From contig CBDBHB010000006.1 of NCBI GenBank assembly GCA_965205505.1, positions 416,001-480,000 of the forward strand: 64,000 nt of DNA, read 5' to 3'. A program made the translations under genes and the position numbers. Shown in pieces: positions 48,378-57,515 of this stretch (position 1 is the stretch's first letter; every line of letters begins with the position of its first letter). Below the pieces are notes generated by a model that saw nothing but the letters and a program-made list of their open reading frames with translations, searched no databases and was not told the origin of the DNA. The stretch is from Acidobacteriota bacterium. GTDB taxonomy: Bacteria > Acidobacteriota > UBA890 > WLXD01.

Positions 48378-48827
48378 CTAGTTGACGGTCACCTCGATCT
48401 TCTTCGGCTTGGCCTGCTCGGCCTTTGGAAGGCTGATCACCAACACGCCGTTGTGGAACTGCGCGTCGATGTGCTCCTGATCCACCGCGGTCGGCAAGGT
48501 AAAGACGCGTCGGAAGCTCCCGTAGCTGCTCTCGATGCGCCGGTAGTGGCCATCCGAAGCGTCGTGCTGGAACGTCTTCTCACCCTTGAGGGTGAGCTTG
48601 CTGTCCTCCAAGGTGATCTCGACGTCCTCTTCGGTGAGGCCGGGGAGCTCGGCGCGCAGCAGAATCTGATCCTCCTGCTCGATAACGTCCATGGCCGGCG
48701 CCCACCCTGCCGTATCGGCGGGTGAAGGGCTCTCGAAGAGGCGCCCCCAGTTACCGGCGGATATGGTGCCAAAACGGCGCTGCAGGAGCGCCAGGTCGGG
48801 GAATGTGTTGGTGCGACGGACCAGCAT
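48378..48827 (-). CDS. Hsp20/alpha-crystallin small heat shock protein
   Basis: AELPG, YGSFRRVFTLP and NGVLVISLPK motifs; AGGAGG RBS. Confidence 0.95.
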   Translation of the reverse strand: MLVRRTNTFPDLALLQRRFGTISAGNWGRLFESPSPADTAGWAPAMDVIEQEDQILLRAELPGLTEEDVEITLEDSKLTLKGEKTFQHDASDGHYRRIESSYGSFRRVFTLPTAVDQEHIDAQFHNGVLVISLPKAEQAKPKKIEVTVN

Positions 48828-48969
48828 TTGTAGTCCTCCTTCAGGAATTGAAAGCCGATTGGCAAGAGCCACCGGCGGGCAAATCGCCGGAGCTGAGTTA
48901 CACGTCGGGGGCCTCGAAACCTGTCGCGGGTTCCCCGTCATTTCCTTATCAGCTGTCGACATCATAAAA

Positions 48970-48990
48970 CTTGCTGGTTTCTTACTCAAG
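48970..48990. promoter_or_regulatory. HAIR-like (HspR) operator upstream of hsp20
   Basis: CTTGCTG-N7-ACTCAAG versus consensus CTTGAGT-N7-ACTCAAG, inside an AT-rich promoter region. Confidence 0.5.
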
Positions 48991-49110
48991 TCTTATTATG
49001 ACCAATACTTAGATTATGAATCTAGCACAGGACGTGAGACGTGCCGGCGACGTAAGTTACTGAACAATAATGAGTTACCGCCGCGGACGAAACTTCTTCG
49101 ATGGCGGTGC

Positions 49111-50016
49111 TCAGAGGGACGACTTCAGATCCGGATGGTTGGCGGCGAAATATCGCCCCATTGCATGCCGCCAGTGCGGCAGATCCGGCAACCCCAGGTC
49201 GCGCAGCGCGGCGTTGTCCAGAGCGGTGTAGTCGGAGCGCTTGGCCGGCGCCCCGAACTCGGTGGCTGTCGTGGGCCCCAGCCAGCGCCGCGCGCCGACA
49301 GCTTCGAAAGCAATCTCCGCGATCTCGAACCAGGTGGCCTGTCCCTTATTGGCAACGTGGAACAGACCGCAGGCGCCGCAGTCCAGGAGCCCCCAGATGG
49401 CCGACGCCAGGTCGAGCGCGTACGTAGGACTGACGACCTGATCGTTCACCACTCGCGTCTCTGCCCCCTGCCGGGCGCGCTCGAGCATACGCTCGATGAA
49501 CGGAGGGGTCCCGTGTCCCGAGCGAGCTCTCCCGTATACGGCCGACGTACGCACCACGGTGTGCATCTCCGAAGCCGCCAGGACCAGGTGTTCACCGGCA
49601 AGCTTGGAAGCGGCATAGACATTCTGAGGCGCCGGCAGGTCGGTCTCGCGGAACGGCACGCGACGCGGACCACCGAACACGTAGTCGGTCGACAGGTGAA
49701 CCAGTCGCGTCGCCGCTCGCTTGCAGGAGCGAGCCAGCATGCCGGCCGCCACCGCGTTCACTCGGAAGGCCTGTGCAGGCTCGGTCTCACACAGGTCGAC
49801 GGGCTGGAATACAGCGCAGTTGATGGCGGCGCCGGCCCGATGCTCCTGGAGCAGATCCTCGACGCGCTTCTCGTCGGTGATATCGGCATCGCCGCGACCG
49901 AGCTGCACGATATGCGCGGGGTCGCGCCCCGCGACCTCCGCAGTGGTGGCAAGCGCCTCCCCTACCTGGCCGTAGCCGCCGAAGACAAGGACCCTATCGG
50001 GTGAAGCTATAACCAC
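49111..50016 (-). CDS. rmlD: dTDP-4-dehydrorhamnose reductase
   Basis: GGYGQVG, STDYVF, YAASKLAGE, VVNDQ..SPT and PAKR motifs. Confidence 0.93.
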   Translation of the reverse strand: MVIASPDRVLVFGGYGQVGEALATTAEVAGRDPAHIVQLGRGDADITDEKRVEDLLQEHRAGAAINCAVFQPVDLCETEPAQAFRVNAVAAGMLARSCKRAATRLVHLSTDYVFGGPRRVPFRETDLPAPQNVYAASKLAGEHLVLAASEMHTVVRTSAVYGRARSGHGTPPFIERMLERARQGAETRVVNDQVVSPTYALDLASAIWGLLDCGACGLFHVANKGQATWFEIAEIAFEAVGARRWLGPTTATEFGAPAKRSDYTALDNAALRDLGLPDLPHWRHAMGRYFAANHPDLKSSL

Positions 50017-51460
50017 CTCCGAGATAGTAACTACGCAGCCCCGAACGCAGCGCGTCGTCCCATCCGCCGGTTAGGAAGAAGCGGCTGCCCAGGTTCCACT
50101 GAAACCGCAGCTTGACGTGCGGATCGGGGTCGCGGCCAAGATCCCAAACTTCGCCGATGAATCGCAACCGATCCTGTACGGCGAAGTAGTCGATCCCGAA
50201 ACCCGCCTGCGACTCGAGAATGCCGCCGCGCACCTGTACCCGGCCGAAGCGTTGCGCCATCACTGCGCTAACCCGAAACCCCTCGCTGCGGACGAGCTTG
50301 CGCTCGACCGTCGTAGTCAACAAGTCACCGGTGAATGGGTGGAACGTCTGCGTCGTGATGTTGGTCTCGGTGATGCCCCCGATGTTGTCGTCGACGAGAT
50401 GAAACTCGAAACCGCGGCCCGATCCCAGATCACCGAGCTCCATGCGAATCCCGAAGTAGTTCTTGCTGGACTCGAGGCGCTGATAGAACTCCGATCGCCA
50501 CTCGAAGCTGAACTGGGCCTCACCAACACGACGAAAGAACGTGTCGGCGGCGGCCAGGCTGTCATCGACCGAGTCGAGGGCCTCGTTGAGTCGATCGATC
50601 GTGTCCGACTCGTTGACCAATCTCCCCACCGTCCCTTCGCCGCGGTTCGCCTTACCGAGGATCTCTTCCAGATCGGCCGCGGAGCGATTCAGTCGCTCGG
50701 TAACTTCGCGTAGGTTCGCGCCGGCGCTGCCAAGTCCGTCGCCGCTGCGACCCATGACCTCGGACACGTCCGCCGACAAGCTGTGCATCTGGTCGATCAA
50801 CTGGGGCAGGCTCTCCTTGAGCGTTGCCGACAGCTCGTTGATGTTGCCGAACGCTGCGTCCATGTTGCCAAAGCCGGAGTCGATGATGGCGCGATTCGCC
50901 GACAGGATCTCATCAAAGCGTCCCGTAACACTCTGAACACTAATGAGAATCTCGCGAAGCGATGCCTCACCCTCTTCGGTGCCGAGCACCGACGATAAGG
51001 TGCGCGTCGTGAGTTCGAGGTTGCGCCCGATGCTCGACATGACTTCGACCAACTGGTCGACCGAAACGGGATCCCCGCCGCGGATCCATCCACCTTCCGC
51101 CACGAGCGGACGTTCGGGTGAGCCCGGCCGCAGATCGAGCACACGGTCTCCGAGCATCCCGGTGGACCCGACGATCGCCACTGCATCATCGTGCACCTCC
51201 ACGGCGCGCAACAGTTGAAGCTCGACCTCCGCAACACCCTCCCGCATGTTTAGCCGCACCGCCGACACCCTGCCGACACGTACCCCTGCAAGCATGGCGG
51301 GGTCGTCTACTCCAAGGCCGGCAGCATTCTCGAATCGGACGTTGATCACGTAGCTGTCCGCACTCTGGAAGCTACCTATGTCCTCGATCTTGATGACGAA
51401 ATAGGCCAGGGCCACGATCGCCACCAGAACCACCACGCCGACCTTGATTTCCGTACGCAT
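49994..51460 (-). CDS. mlaD: MCE/MlaD family protein with coiled coil and beta-rich C-terminus
   Basis: EIKVG plus TM, FENAAGL..AGVRVGRV, GMLGD and GEGTVGRL motifs. Confidence 0.85.
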   Translation of the reverse strand: MRTEIKVGVVVLVAIVALAYFVIKIEDIGSFQSADSYVINVRFENAAGLGVDDPAMLAGVRVGRVSAVRLNMREGVAEVELQLLRAVEVHDDAVAIVGSTGMLGDRVLDLRPGSPERPLVAEGGWIRGGDPVSVDQLVEVMSSIGRNLELTTRTLSSVLGTEEGEASLREILISVQSVTGRFDEILSANRAIIDSGFGNMDAAFGNINELSATLKESLPQLIDQMHSLSADVSEVMGRSGDGLGSAGANLREVTERLNRSAADLEEILGKANRGEGTVGRLVNESDTIDRLNEALDSVDDSLAAADTFFRRVGEAQFSFEWRSEFYQRLESSKNYFGIRMELGDLGSGRGFEFHLVDDNIGGITETNITTQTFHPFTGDLLTTTVERKLVRSEGFRVSAVMAQRFGRVQVRGGILESQAGFGIDYFAVQDRLRFIGEVWDLGRDPDPHVKLRFQWNLGSRFFLTGGWDDALRSGLRSYYLGGGYSFTR

Positions 51461-51639
51461 GCGCTTGCCTCCGCAAGATCGCCGGGTATCCGCTCTTCAA
51501 GCTACCTTGCAGGACTAAGAATAGCGGCTGCCCGGCACCGGTGCGCGGTTCCCCGCTTTTCCACCATGTTAGATTGCGCAGCTCCAAGTTTCGCGGCCAT
51601 ACTGGTTCGCCGTCTGACAATCTAGGAGCAGCGAGTCTC

Positions 51640-52212
51640 ATGCCCCTCGAAGTCGCGCCGACGGACATCCCCGATGTGCTCTTGATCCGGTCGGAGCTGC
51701 TCCGCGATAGCCGTGGTGGCTTCCTCGAGACCTTCCGGCACTCCGTGCTTGCCGCGCAGGGAGCTGACGTTCGTGTAGCACAGGTCAACGAGTCCATCTC
51801 GGAGGCCAAGGTGCTGCGTGGGTTGCACTATCAGCTAGAGCCAAATGGGCAGGGCAAGCTGGTGCGGGTGTTGCGCGGCGCCGTGTTTGACGTTGCCCTG
51901 GATGTGCGGCGCGGTTCGCCCTGGTTCGGCCAGCACGTCGCGATCGAGCTCAGCGCCGAGAACCGAAGCCTGCTATGGATCCCGCCGGGATTCGCACACG
52001 GATTCTGCGCGCTCGAGGACGACACCCACTTCCTCTACGTGCAAACAGCCGAGTATGCCCCCGAATCGGAAGCTGGAGTCAACGCCTTCGATCCGGCGTT
52101 GGGTCTTCAGTGGCCGTTCCCACGCGACGACGTGATCCTGTCGGACAAGGATCTGGAGCTGCCGTCACTATCGTCCGCCCGCCTGAACTTCGACTATCGT
52201 GCAAGGCCGTGA
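51640..52212 (+). CDS. rmlC: dTDP-4-dehydrorhamnose 3,5-epimerase
   Basis: VLRGLHYQ, QGKLVRV, PPGFAHGF and LSDKD motifs; AGGAG RBS. Confidence 0.95.
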   Translation: MPLEVAPTDIPDVLLIRSELLRDSRGGFLETFRHSVLAAQGADVRVAQVNESISEAKVLRGLHYQLEPNGQGKLVRVLRGAVFDVALDVRRGSPWFGQHVAIELSAENRSLLWIPPGFAHGFCALEDDTHFLYVQTAEYAPESEAGVNAFDPALGLQWPFPRDDVILSDKDLELPSLSSARLNFDYRARP

Positions 52213-52225
52213 TCGCGCTCGCAGG

Positions 52226-52504
52226 CTAGCAGGCCGTGGTGAAAGTGTGGTGGGTCTGGTTACGGCGAGTTGGGGCCAGATGCAAGGCGGCCTGACACTG
52301 GCGATGACCTAGCCATCGTCGAGGAAGGCCAACGTCGCAGATGGCCCCAAATCGCCGTAACCCTTCGGGCGACAGGGGGTTGCGCGCGTATCCTGCGTCG
52401 TTCCTCGTCAACGATGGGGTAACCATCGCCTCCTCCTCTCTCCTTGCCTGCACTTCGCAAGACCCTGTCGCCAGACCCACCACACTTTCACCACGGCCTG
52501 CTAG
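52226..52504. repeat. 279-bp palindromic MITE/REPIN-like element, copy 2
   Basis: Perfect 34-bp terminal inverted repeat CTAGCAGGCCGTGGTGAAAGTGTGGTGGGTCTGG. Internal motifs are shared with 8495-8770. Confidence 0.85.
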
Positions 52505-52519
52505 GCACGTTCCCCACGT

Positions 52520-53281
52520 CTACATCATCTTGATCGGCCCGTCCGCGCGCCCGTTGATGAACTGCTGGATGACCGCGTTGTCGCTGGCCTGGATCTGCTG
52601 CGGAGTGCCGGCTTCCTCGATCTTGCCCTCATGAAGCATCGCGATTCGATCGGCGATCTTGTATGCCGACACCATGTCGTGCGTGATGGTCAGCGAAGTC
52701 GCGTTAAGCCGCGTGTTGAGGTCGACGATCAGATCGTTGATCTGGTCGGCAAGAATAGGGTCGAGGCCGCTCGTGGGCTCATCGTAGAGAATGATCTCTG
52801 GCTCGAGCGCAATGGCCCGAGCCAGCCCCACGCGCTTCTTCATGCCGCCCGAAAGCTCGGCAGGCACCTTGCCCTCGATGCCCTTGAGACCCACCCAGCG
52901 GAGCACCTCACGCACCCGCTCCTGCACGCGCGCCTCGGGCCAGTCGCGTTGTTGGCGTAGCGCGAAAGCAACATTGTCGCCGACGTTCATCGAGTCAAAC
53001 AGTGCGGCGTACTGAAAGAGCATGCCCATGCGTCGGCGGAGCCTGGAGAGAGCATCACGTCCGAGCCCGGGAACCGACGACCCATCGACAACCAAGTCGC
53101 CGTGATCGGGTGCCAGCAAACCGATCACGTGCTTGAGCAGCACGCTCTTGCCGGTACCCGAGCTGCCGATAATCACCAGCGATTCGCCGCGGGCAACGTC
53201 GAGATCGACACCGCGCAATACATGCAGTTCGCCGAAGCTCTTGTGCAGATCGCTGATACGGATGAATGACTGTTCGCTCAC
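52520..53281 (-). CDS. mlaF: Mla-type ABC ATPase
   Basis: GSSGTGKS, LFQYAALFDS, LSGGMKKR and YDEPTSGLDP motifs. Confidence 0.93.
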   Translation of the reverse strand: MSEQSFIRISDLHKSFGELHVLRGVDLDVARGESLVIIGSSGTGKSVLLKHVIGLLAPDHGDLVVDGSSVPGLGRDALSRLRRRMGMLFQYAALFDSMNVGDNVAFALRQQRDWPEARVQERVREVLRWVGLKGIEGKVPAELSGGMKKRVGLARAIALEPEIILYDEPTSGLDPILADQINDLIVDLNTRLNATSLTITHDMVSAYKIADRIAMLHEGKIEEAGTPQQIQASDNAVIQQFINGRADGPIKMM

Positions 53282-54063
53282 ATGTCCCATAGAACGAGTA
53301 ACGCTTTGGTGAGAAAGAAGTCGGAGACCAAGATGGCCATGCTGCTGGTCACGACGGCGCTGGTGGTGGCCCTGCCGACACCCGCGGCTCCGCCGCTGGC
53401 GCCGAAGCCACGTATACAGGAAAAAATGGCGATCATGACGCCGAAGATCGACGCTTTGATCAGCCCAGAGACGACATCGTCGACGGTAATGAAGGCGAAG
53501 CTGGCCTCCCAGTAGGCAACCGGGCGCGCGTCGTTCATATACACGGAGACCACGTAGCCACCCAAGATGCCCAAGAGGTCGCCGATCACCACGACCACGG
53601 GCAACATCACCGCCCCCGCGATGACGCGCGGCACGACGAGGTACTTCACCGGGTCGGTCGCCATCGCTTCCATCGCGTCGATCTGCTCCGTGACGCGCAT
53701 CGTGCCAATCTCCGCCGCCATCGCGGCGCCGGCCCGGCCGGCGACCATCAATGAGCCCAGCACCGGGATGAGCTCGCGCGTCATCGCCAAGGCAACCGAG
53801 AAAGCGACCAGTGTCGTGGCACCGAACTGCTCGAAGCCTTCCCAGATCTGCAAGGCGAACACGGCACCCGAGAACACGGCGGTAACGATGATGACCGGCA
53901 AGGAACGATTGCCGAGCTCGACCATCTGCTCGAACCAATTCCGCACGTACAGCGGTCGACGAGTCAGGCTGGTAAGCGAGTGCCATAGCAGCAGCGACGC
54001 TTCCCCCGCCGATTCGAGGAACCCGATCGCGAACCGACCGATGCCGGCCACCAATCGGCTCAT
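53278..54063 (-). CDS. mlaE: Mla-type ABC permease
   Basis: RELIPV, AEIGTMRVTEQIDA and GVGRATTSAVV motifs. Confidence 0.95.
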   Translation of the reverse strand: MSRLVAGIGRFAIGFLESAGEASLLLWHSLTSLTRRPLYVRNWFEQMVELGNRSLPVIIVTAVFSGAVFALQIWEGFEQFGATTLVAFSVALAMTRELIPVLGSLMVAGRAGAAMAAEIGTMRVTEQIDAMEAMATDPVKYLVVPRVIAGAVMLPVVVVIGDLLGILGGYVVSVYMNDARPVAYWEASFAFITVDDVVSGLIKASIFGVMIAIFSCIRGFGASGGAAGVGRATTSAVVTSSMAILVSDFFLTKALLVLWDM

Positions 54064-55415
54064 CGCTGCGTCTCCGCTGCGTCGTTGACGGCGGATGTCG
54101 GGTAGCGTCGCGGCACTCTAGAGCCGATACGGCTGAGAATCTCGTGCGGGATGGTCTCCGCCCATTCCGAAACTTCCTCGACGCTGATGCACGCCTGCCT
54201 GGCGGTTTCCATAGAGACAGGCCGCGCCTTGACGGTGGCCTCGTCGTCGTCCCCATCGGCGGCCGCAACGGCGATCGACAGGGTGTCAGAATAGCCCGCC
54301 GATTCGGCTTCGGCCTCACTCGTGGAGCCCGCCAAAGGTTCGGTACCACCGAACACGACGACTTCGTCGCCGACCCGTGCCGCAGGCACATCGGTAACAT
54401 CGACGAGGGTGATGTCCATGCTGACCCTGCCGATGATCGGAGCCCGACGGCCACCTATCGAAACCCAGCCGCGGTTGCCGAGGGCGCGTGGAAGACCGTC
54501 GTGGTACCCCAGGGGCAATGCGGCTACCCGAGTCGCTTTATAGGTGGTGGCGGTCATCCCGTATCCCACCGTGACCCCCTTCGGAAGGTCGCGGATCGCC
54601 ATGATGCCGGTAACCAGCCGCATCGCCGGACGTAGCCCGGCAATACCCCTTCCCGGGTTGAGTGAGCCTCCGTAGATCGCCAGGCCCGGTCGTACGCCGG
54701 TAAATGTTGGGCCACGCCATGACCCCGCGTGGTGCATCAGACCGGCGCTATTCGCCAGGGTGCGATGCGCCGGCAGTATGTCGTCCTGTTCGAGCACTGC
54801 ACAGACCTGATCGAAGATGTCGACCTGCTGCCGCACGAAGTCCGTTCCTGGATCAGCGTCGGCGAAGCTGTCGCTGCTGGCGAGATTCGAGAAAAGCCCG
54901 TCGAACGACAAGGTCGGCTCGTCGGCCAGCGCCCGCGCCAGGTGGGTGACCTGATCTGGCACGATGCCGAGCCGCCCCATACCGGTGTCGACCTTGAGAT
55001 GGACCGAGGCCGGTCCGATTCCGAGCTCTCGAGCCGTGTCCGCCAGTCGAGCTCCGACGGTGGCATCCTGGATACCGGCGGCGAGGCCATACTCCACGAC
55101 CATTCGAAAGGCATCTTCCGATGCTGAGACGGCGAGCCCGGCCATGACCAGAACAGGCACTTCGATGCCCGCCTGCCGCAACTGGCGACCTTCACAAGCG
55201 GTCGCCACGCACAACCCGGCGACGCGTTCGGCGCAGAGCGCGCTGGCGACAGCCACGGCTCCATGTCCGTACGCGTCGGCCTTGACCACAGGCCAGATGT
55301 CGATGGCGCCGACCTTGTCGCGCAGGCGCCGCAAGTTGTGCACGCAGGCGCCGAGATCGATCTCCGCCACGGTCGGTCGGCAGGAGCTTGGCATCGGCGA
55401 TGAAGCTTCGCGCAT
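54060..55415 (-). CDS. alr: Alanine racemase
   Basis: VVKADAYGHG, KVDTGMGRLG, VGYG and GRVSMD motifs; acidic insert near the C-terminus. Confidence 0.95.
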   Translation of the reverse strand: MREASSPMPSSCRPTVAEIDLGACVHNLRRLRDKVGAIDIWPVVKADAYGHGAVAVASALCAERVAGLCVATACEGRQLRQAGIEVPVLVMAGLAVSASEDAFRMVVEYGLAAGIQDATVGARLADTARELGIGPASVHLKVDTGMGRLGIVPDQVTHLARALADEPTLSFDGLFSNLASSDSFADADPGTDFVRQQVDIFDQVCAVLEQDDILPAHRTLANSAGLMHHAGSWRGPTFTGVRPGLAIYGGSLNPGRGIAGLRPAMRLVTGIMAIRDLPKGVTVGYGMTATTYKATRVAALPLGYHDGLPRALGNRGWVSIGGRRAPIIGRVSMDITLVDVTDVPAARVGDEVVVFGGTEPLAGSTSEAEAESAGYSDTLSIAVAAADGDDDEATVKARPVSMETARQACISVEEVSEWAETIPHEILSRIGSRVPRRYPTSAVNDAAETQR

Positions 55416-55451
55416 GCGCCTATGTTAGCTGCGCGCTCAACGCCGCACCGA

Positions 55452-56801
55452 TCAGAAGGCTCCCTCGACGTCGGCGCGATCCTTGAAGAGCGTGTAGGGC
55501 TTCAGGAAGGCGAGCGGAACGCTGCCGGTCGGGCCGTTTCGCTGCTTGGCGATGATGAGCTCGGCGAGACCCTCGAGCTCCGGGTCCTCCTGGTTGTACA
55601 CCTCGGGGCGGAAGATGAACGCAACGACGTCGGCGTCTTGCTCCAGGTTGCCGGATTCGCGCAGGTCCGACAGCTGCGGGCGATGACCCGACCGCGTCTC
55701 GGTGGCACGCGAGAGCTGAGAGAGCGCCAGTACTGGCACCTGCAGCTCCTTGGCGAGCGCTTTGAGCGAGCGTGATATCTCTCCCAGCTCGAGGTTGCGG
55801 TTGTCGGTACGGGTGCTGCCGCGAACCAGCTGCAAGTAGTCGACGATCAACAAATCGAGGCCGTGCTCGGCCTTCAGCCGGCGCGCCTTGGCACGCATCT
55901 CGAGCGCCGTTAGCGAGGCCGAGTCATCGATGAAGATCTTGGTCTCGGACAGCTTGTGCAGACCGTCGAGCAGGCGGTCCTTGTCGCCGCTCGACAGAAA
56001 CCCAGTGGCGAGCTTGTGAGCATTCACCTGGGCGACGGCGGTGACCAGCCGGCGGATCACCTGCTGGACAGACATCTCGAGCGAGAACACCCCGACGGTG
56101 CCGCCCACCTCGAGCGCCACGTGTTGGGCGACGTTGAGCGCCAAGGACGTCTTACCCATCGACGGGCGCGCCGCCAGGATCACCAGGTCGCCCGGTTGCA
56201 AACCGGCGGTCAAGGCGTCGAGTCGCTTGAAACCAGTGGGCACGCCGGTGACATAGTCACCGCGCTCCATTAGCTCCTCGATCTCCTTCATGGCGTCGAA
56301 GGCGACGTCGCGGACGGAGAGGAACCCGCGCCGAATGTTGCTCTCGCTGATCGCGAAGATCGAGTGCTCGGCGCGATCGAGCAAATCGTCGGTCGCGATG
56401 GCGCCCTCCAGCGCCATGCGGATGATGGAGTTGGACGCCCCGATGAGATTCCGCAGCGCTGCCTTGTCCTTGATAATGCGCGCATACTGATCGACGTTCG
56501 CCGCTGCTGGCAAGCCGTCGATCAAGCTGGAGATATATGCCGCTCCGCCGGAGCGCTCCAGCGCGTCACGCCGTGCTAGTTCCTCGCGCAGGGTCACCGT
56601 ATCGATGGCTTCGGAACGCTCCGACAGCCAGGCCATGGCCTCGTAGATCAGCCGGTTGGCATCACCGAAGAAATCTTCGGGAGAGAGGATCTGGGCCGCG
56701 GCGTTGAACGCCTGATTGTCCAGCAGCACGGCACCAAGGATGGAGCGCTCTACCTCTACGTTGTGCGGTAACGCGCGCTCAGTGGTGAGCTCCTGCTGCA
56801 A
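55452..56801 (-). CDS. dnaB: Replicative DNA helicase
   Basis: ARPSMGKT, DYLQL, SQLSR and LRESGNLEQDAD motifs; no intein. Confidence 0.97.
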   Translation of the reverse strand: MQQELTTERALPHNVEVERSILGAVLLDNQAFNAAAQILSPEDFFGDANRLIYEAMAWLSERSEAIDTVTLREELARRDALERSGGAAYISSLIDGLPAAANVDQYARIIKDKAALRNLIGASNSIIRMALEGAIATDDLLDRAEHSIFAISESNIRRGFLSVRDVAFDAMKEIEELMERGDYVTGVPTGFKRLDALTAGLQPGDLVILAARPSMGKTSLALNVAQHVALEVGGTVGVFSLEMSVQQVIRRLVTAVAQVNAHKLATGFLSSGDKDRLLDGLHKLSETKIFIDDSASLTALEMRAKARRLKAEHGLDLLIVDYLQLVRGSTRTDNRNLELGEISRSLKALAKELQVPVLALSQLSRATETRSGHRPQLSDLRESGNLEQDADVVAFIFRPEVYNQEDPELEGLAELIIAKQRNGPTGSVPLAFLKPYTLFKDRADVEGAF

Positions 56802-56875
56802 GATCGGCCTCCGACGCTACGCGACAGCAAATGCGAATTCTATGTTACGCCGCTCGCTAGTGTCCTTACGGGACG

Positions 56876-57025
56876 CTAAAAAAGCGCATAGATGAAGGGC
56901 GCGACGGCGGAGCCCTCCGAGAGCACGATCAACAAGCCGAGCAACACGAGGAACACCACGATCGGCGTCACCCACCACTTCTTGCGGGATCTCAGAAAAC
57001 CCCAGATGAGACTTAGCCTCGACAT
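56876..57025 (-). CDS. DUF5989 (SxtK-like) small membrane protein
   Basis: FLRSRKKWW..P and GSAVAPFIYALF motifs. Confidence 0.88.
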   Translation of the reverse strand: MSRLSLIWGFLRSRKKWWVTPIVVFLVLLGLLIVLSEGSAVAPFIYALF

Positions 57026-57104
57026 CCCTGTACCTCCTGCTCCAGCGTCCTGCGATTCGTCACGGAGAATACAGCATCGCCACCGTGGCTTTCGCGGCCA
57101 AGCC

Positions 57105-57503
57105 TCAATAGGGCTTATCGGAGCGTGCCGCGGGCCCGTCCGGCTCCACCGGAACCCAGTAGCTCTCAGCATCGGGATCTCGTCGCATGTCCAGGAGGTC
57201 CTTTCCTGACAGCCGCAGCAAGAAGCCCATCGGGGTCATCACAACGAAGAACATCAGCGTCAAGATCAGCGTCGTCATGACAACCTGCAGAAGGCGCGCC
57301 AACGCCATCCAGACACGCTCGATCGGTGCCAGAACCGGCGGCAGGATCAGCGCGGCAACGAGGAACGCCGCGCTCACGTAGAGCAGATACGGGCCCGCCG
57401 GCCGCTCTCTCCACAACAGCAACGACGCCAGCAGCGCAAACGCCACCGCCATCACGATTCCGAACTTACGCAGCCGCTGCGCGTCAGTTTGCTGCTTCTT
57501 CAT
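57105..57503 (-). CDS. SxtJ family membrane protein
   Basis: LRKFG, WM..A..L, TPMG..R..GKD and SYW motifs. Confidence 0.88.
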   Translation of the reverse strand: MKKQQTDAQRLRKFGIVMAVAFALLASLLLWRERPAGPYLLYVSAAFLVAALILPPVLAPIERVWMALARLLQVVMTTLILTLMFFVVMTPMGFLLRLSGKDLLDMRRDPDAESYWVPVEPDGPAARSDKPY

Positions 57504-57515
57504 GGCCTCGATTTG

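Noticed and set aside
52520-54454. 644-aa extended ABC ATPase
   Set aside because: The upstream part overlaps mlaE and alr in another frame; the real start is GTG 53281
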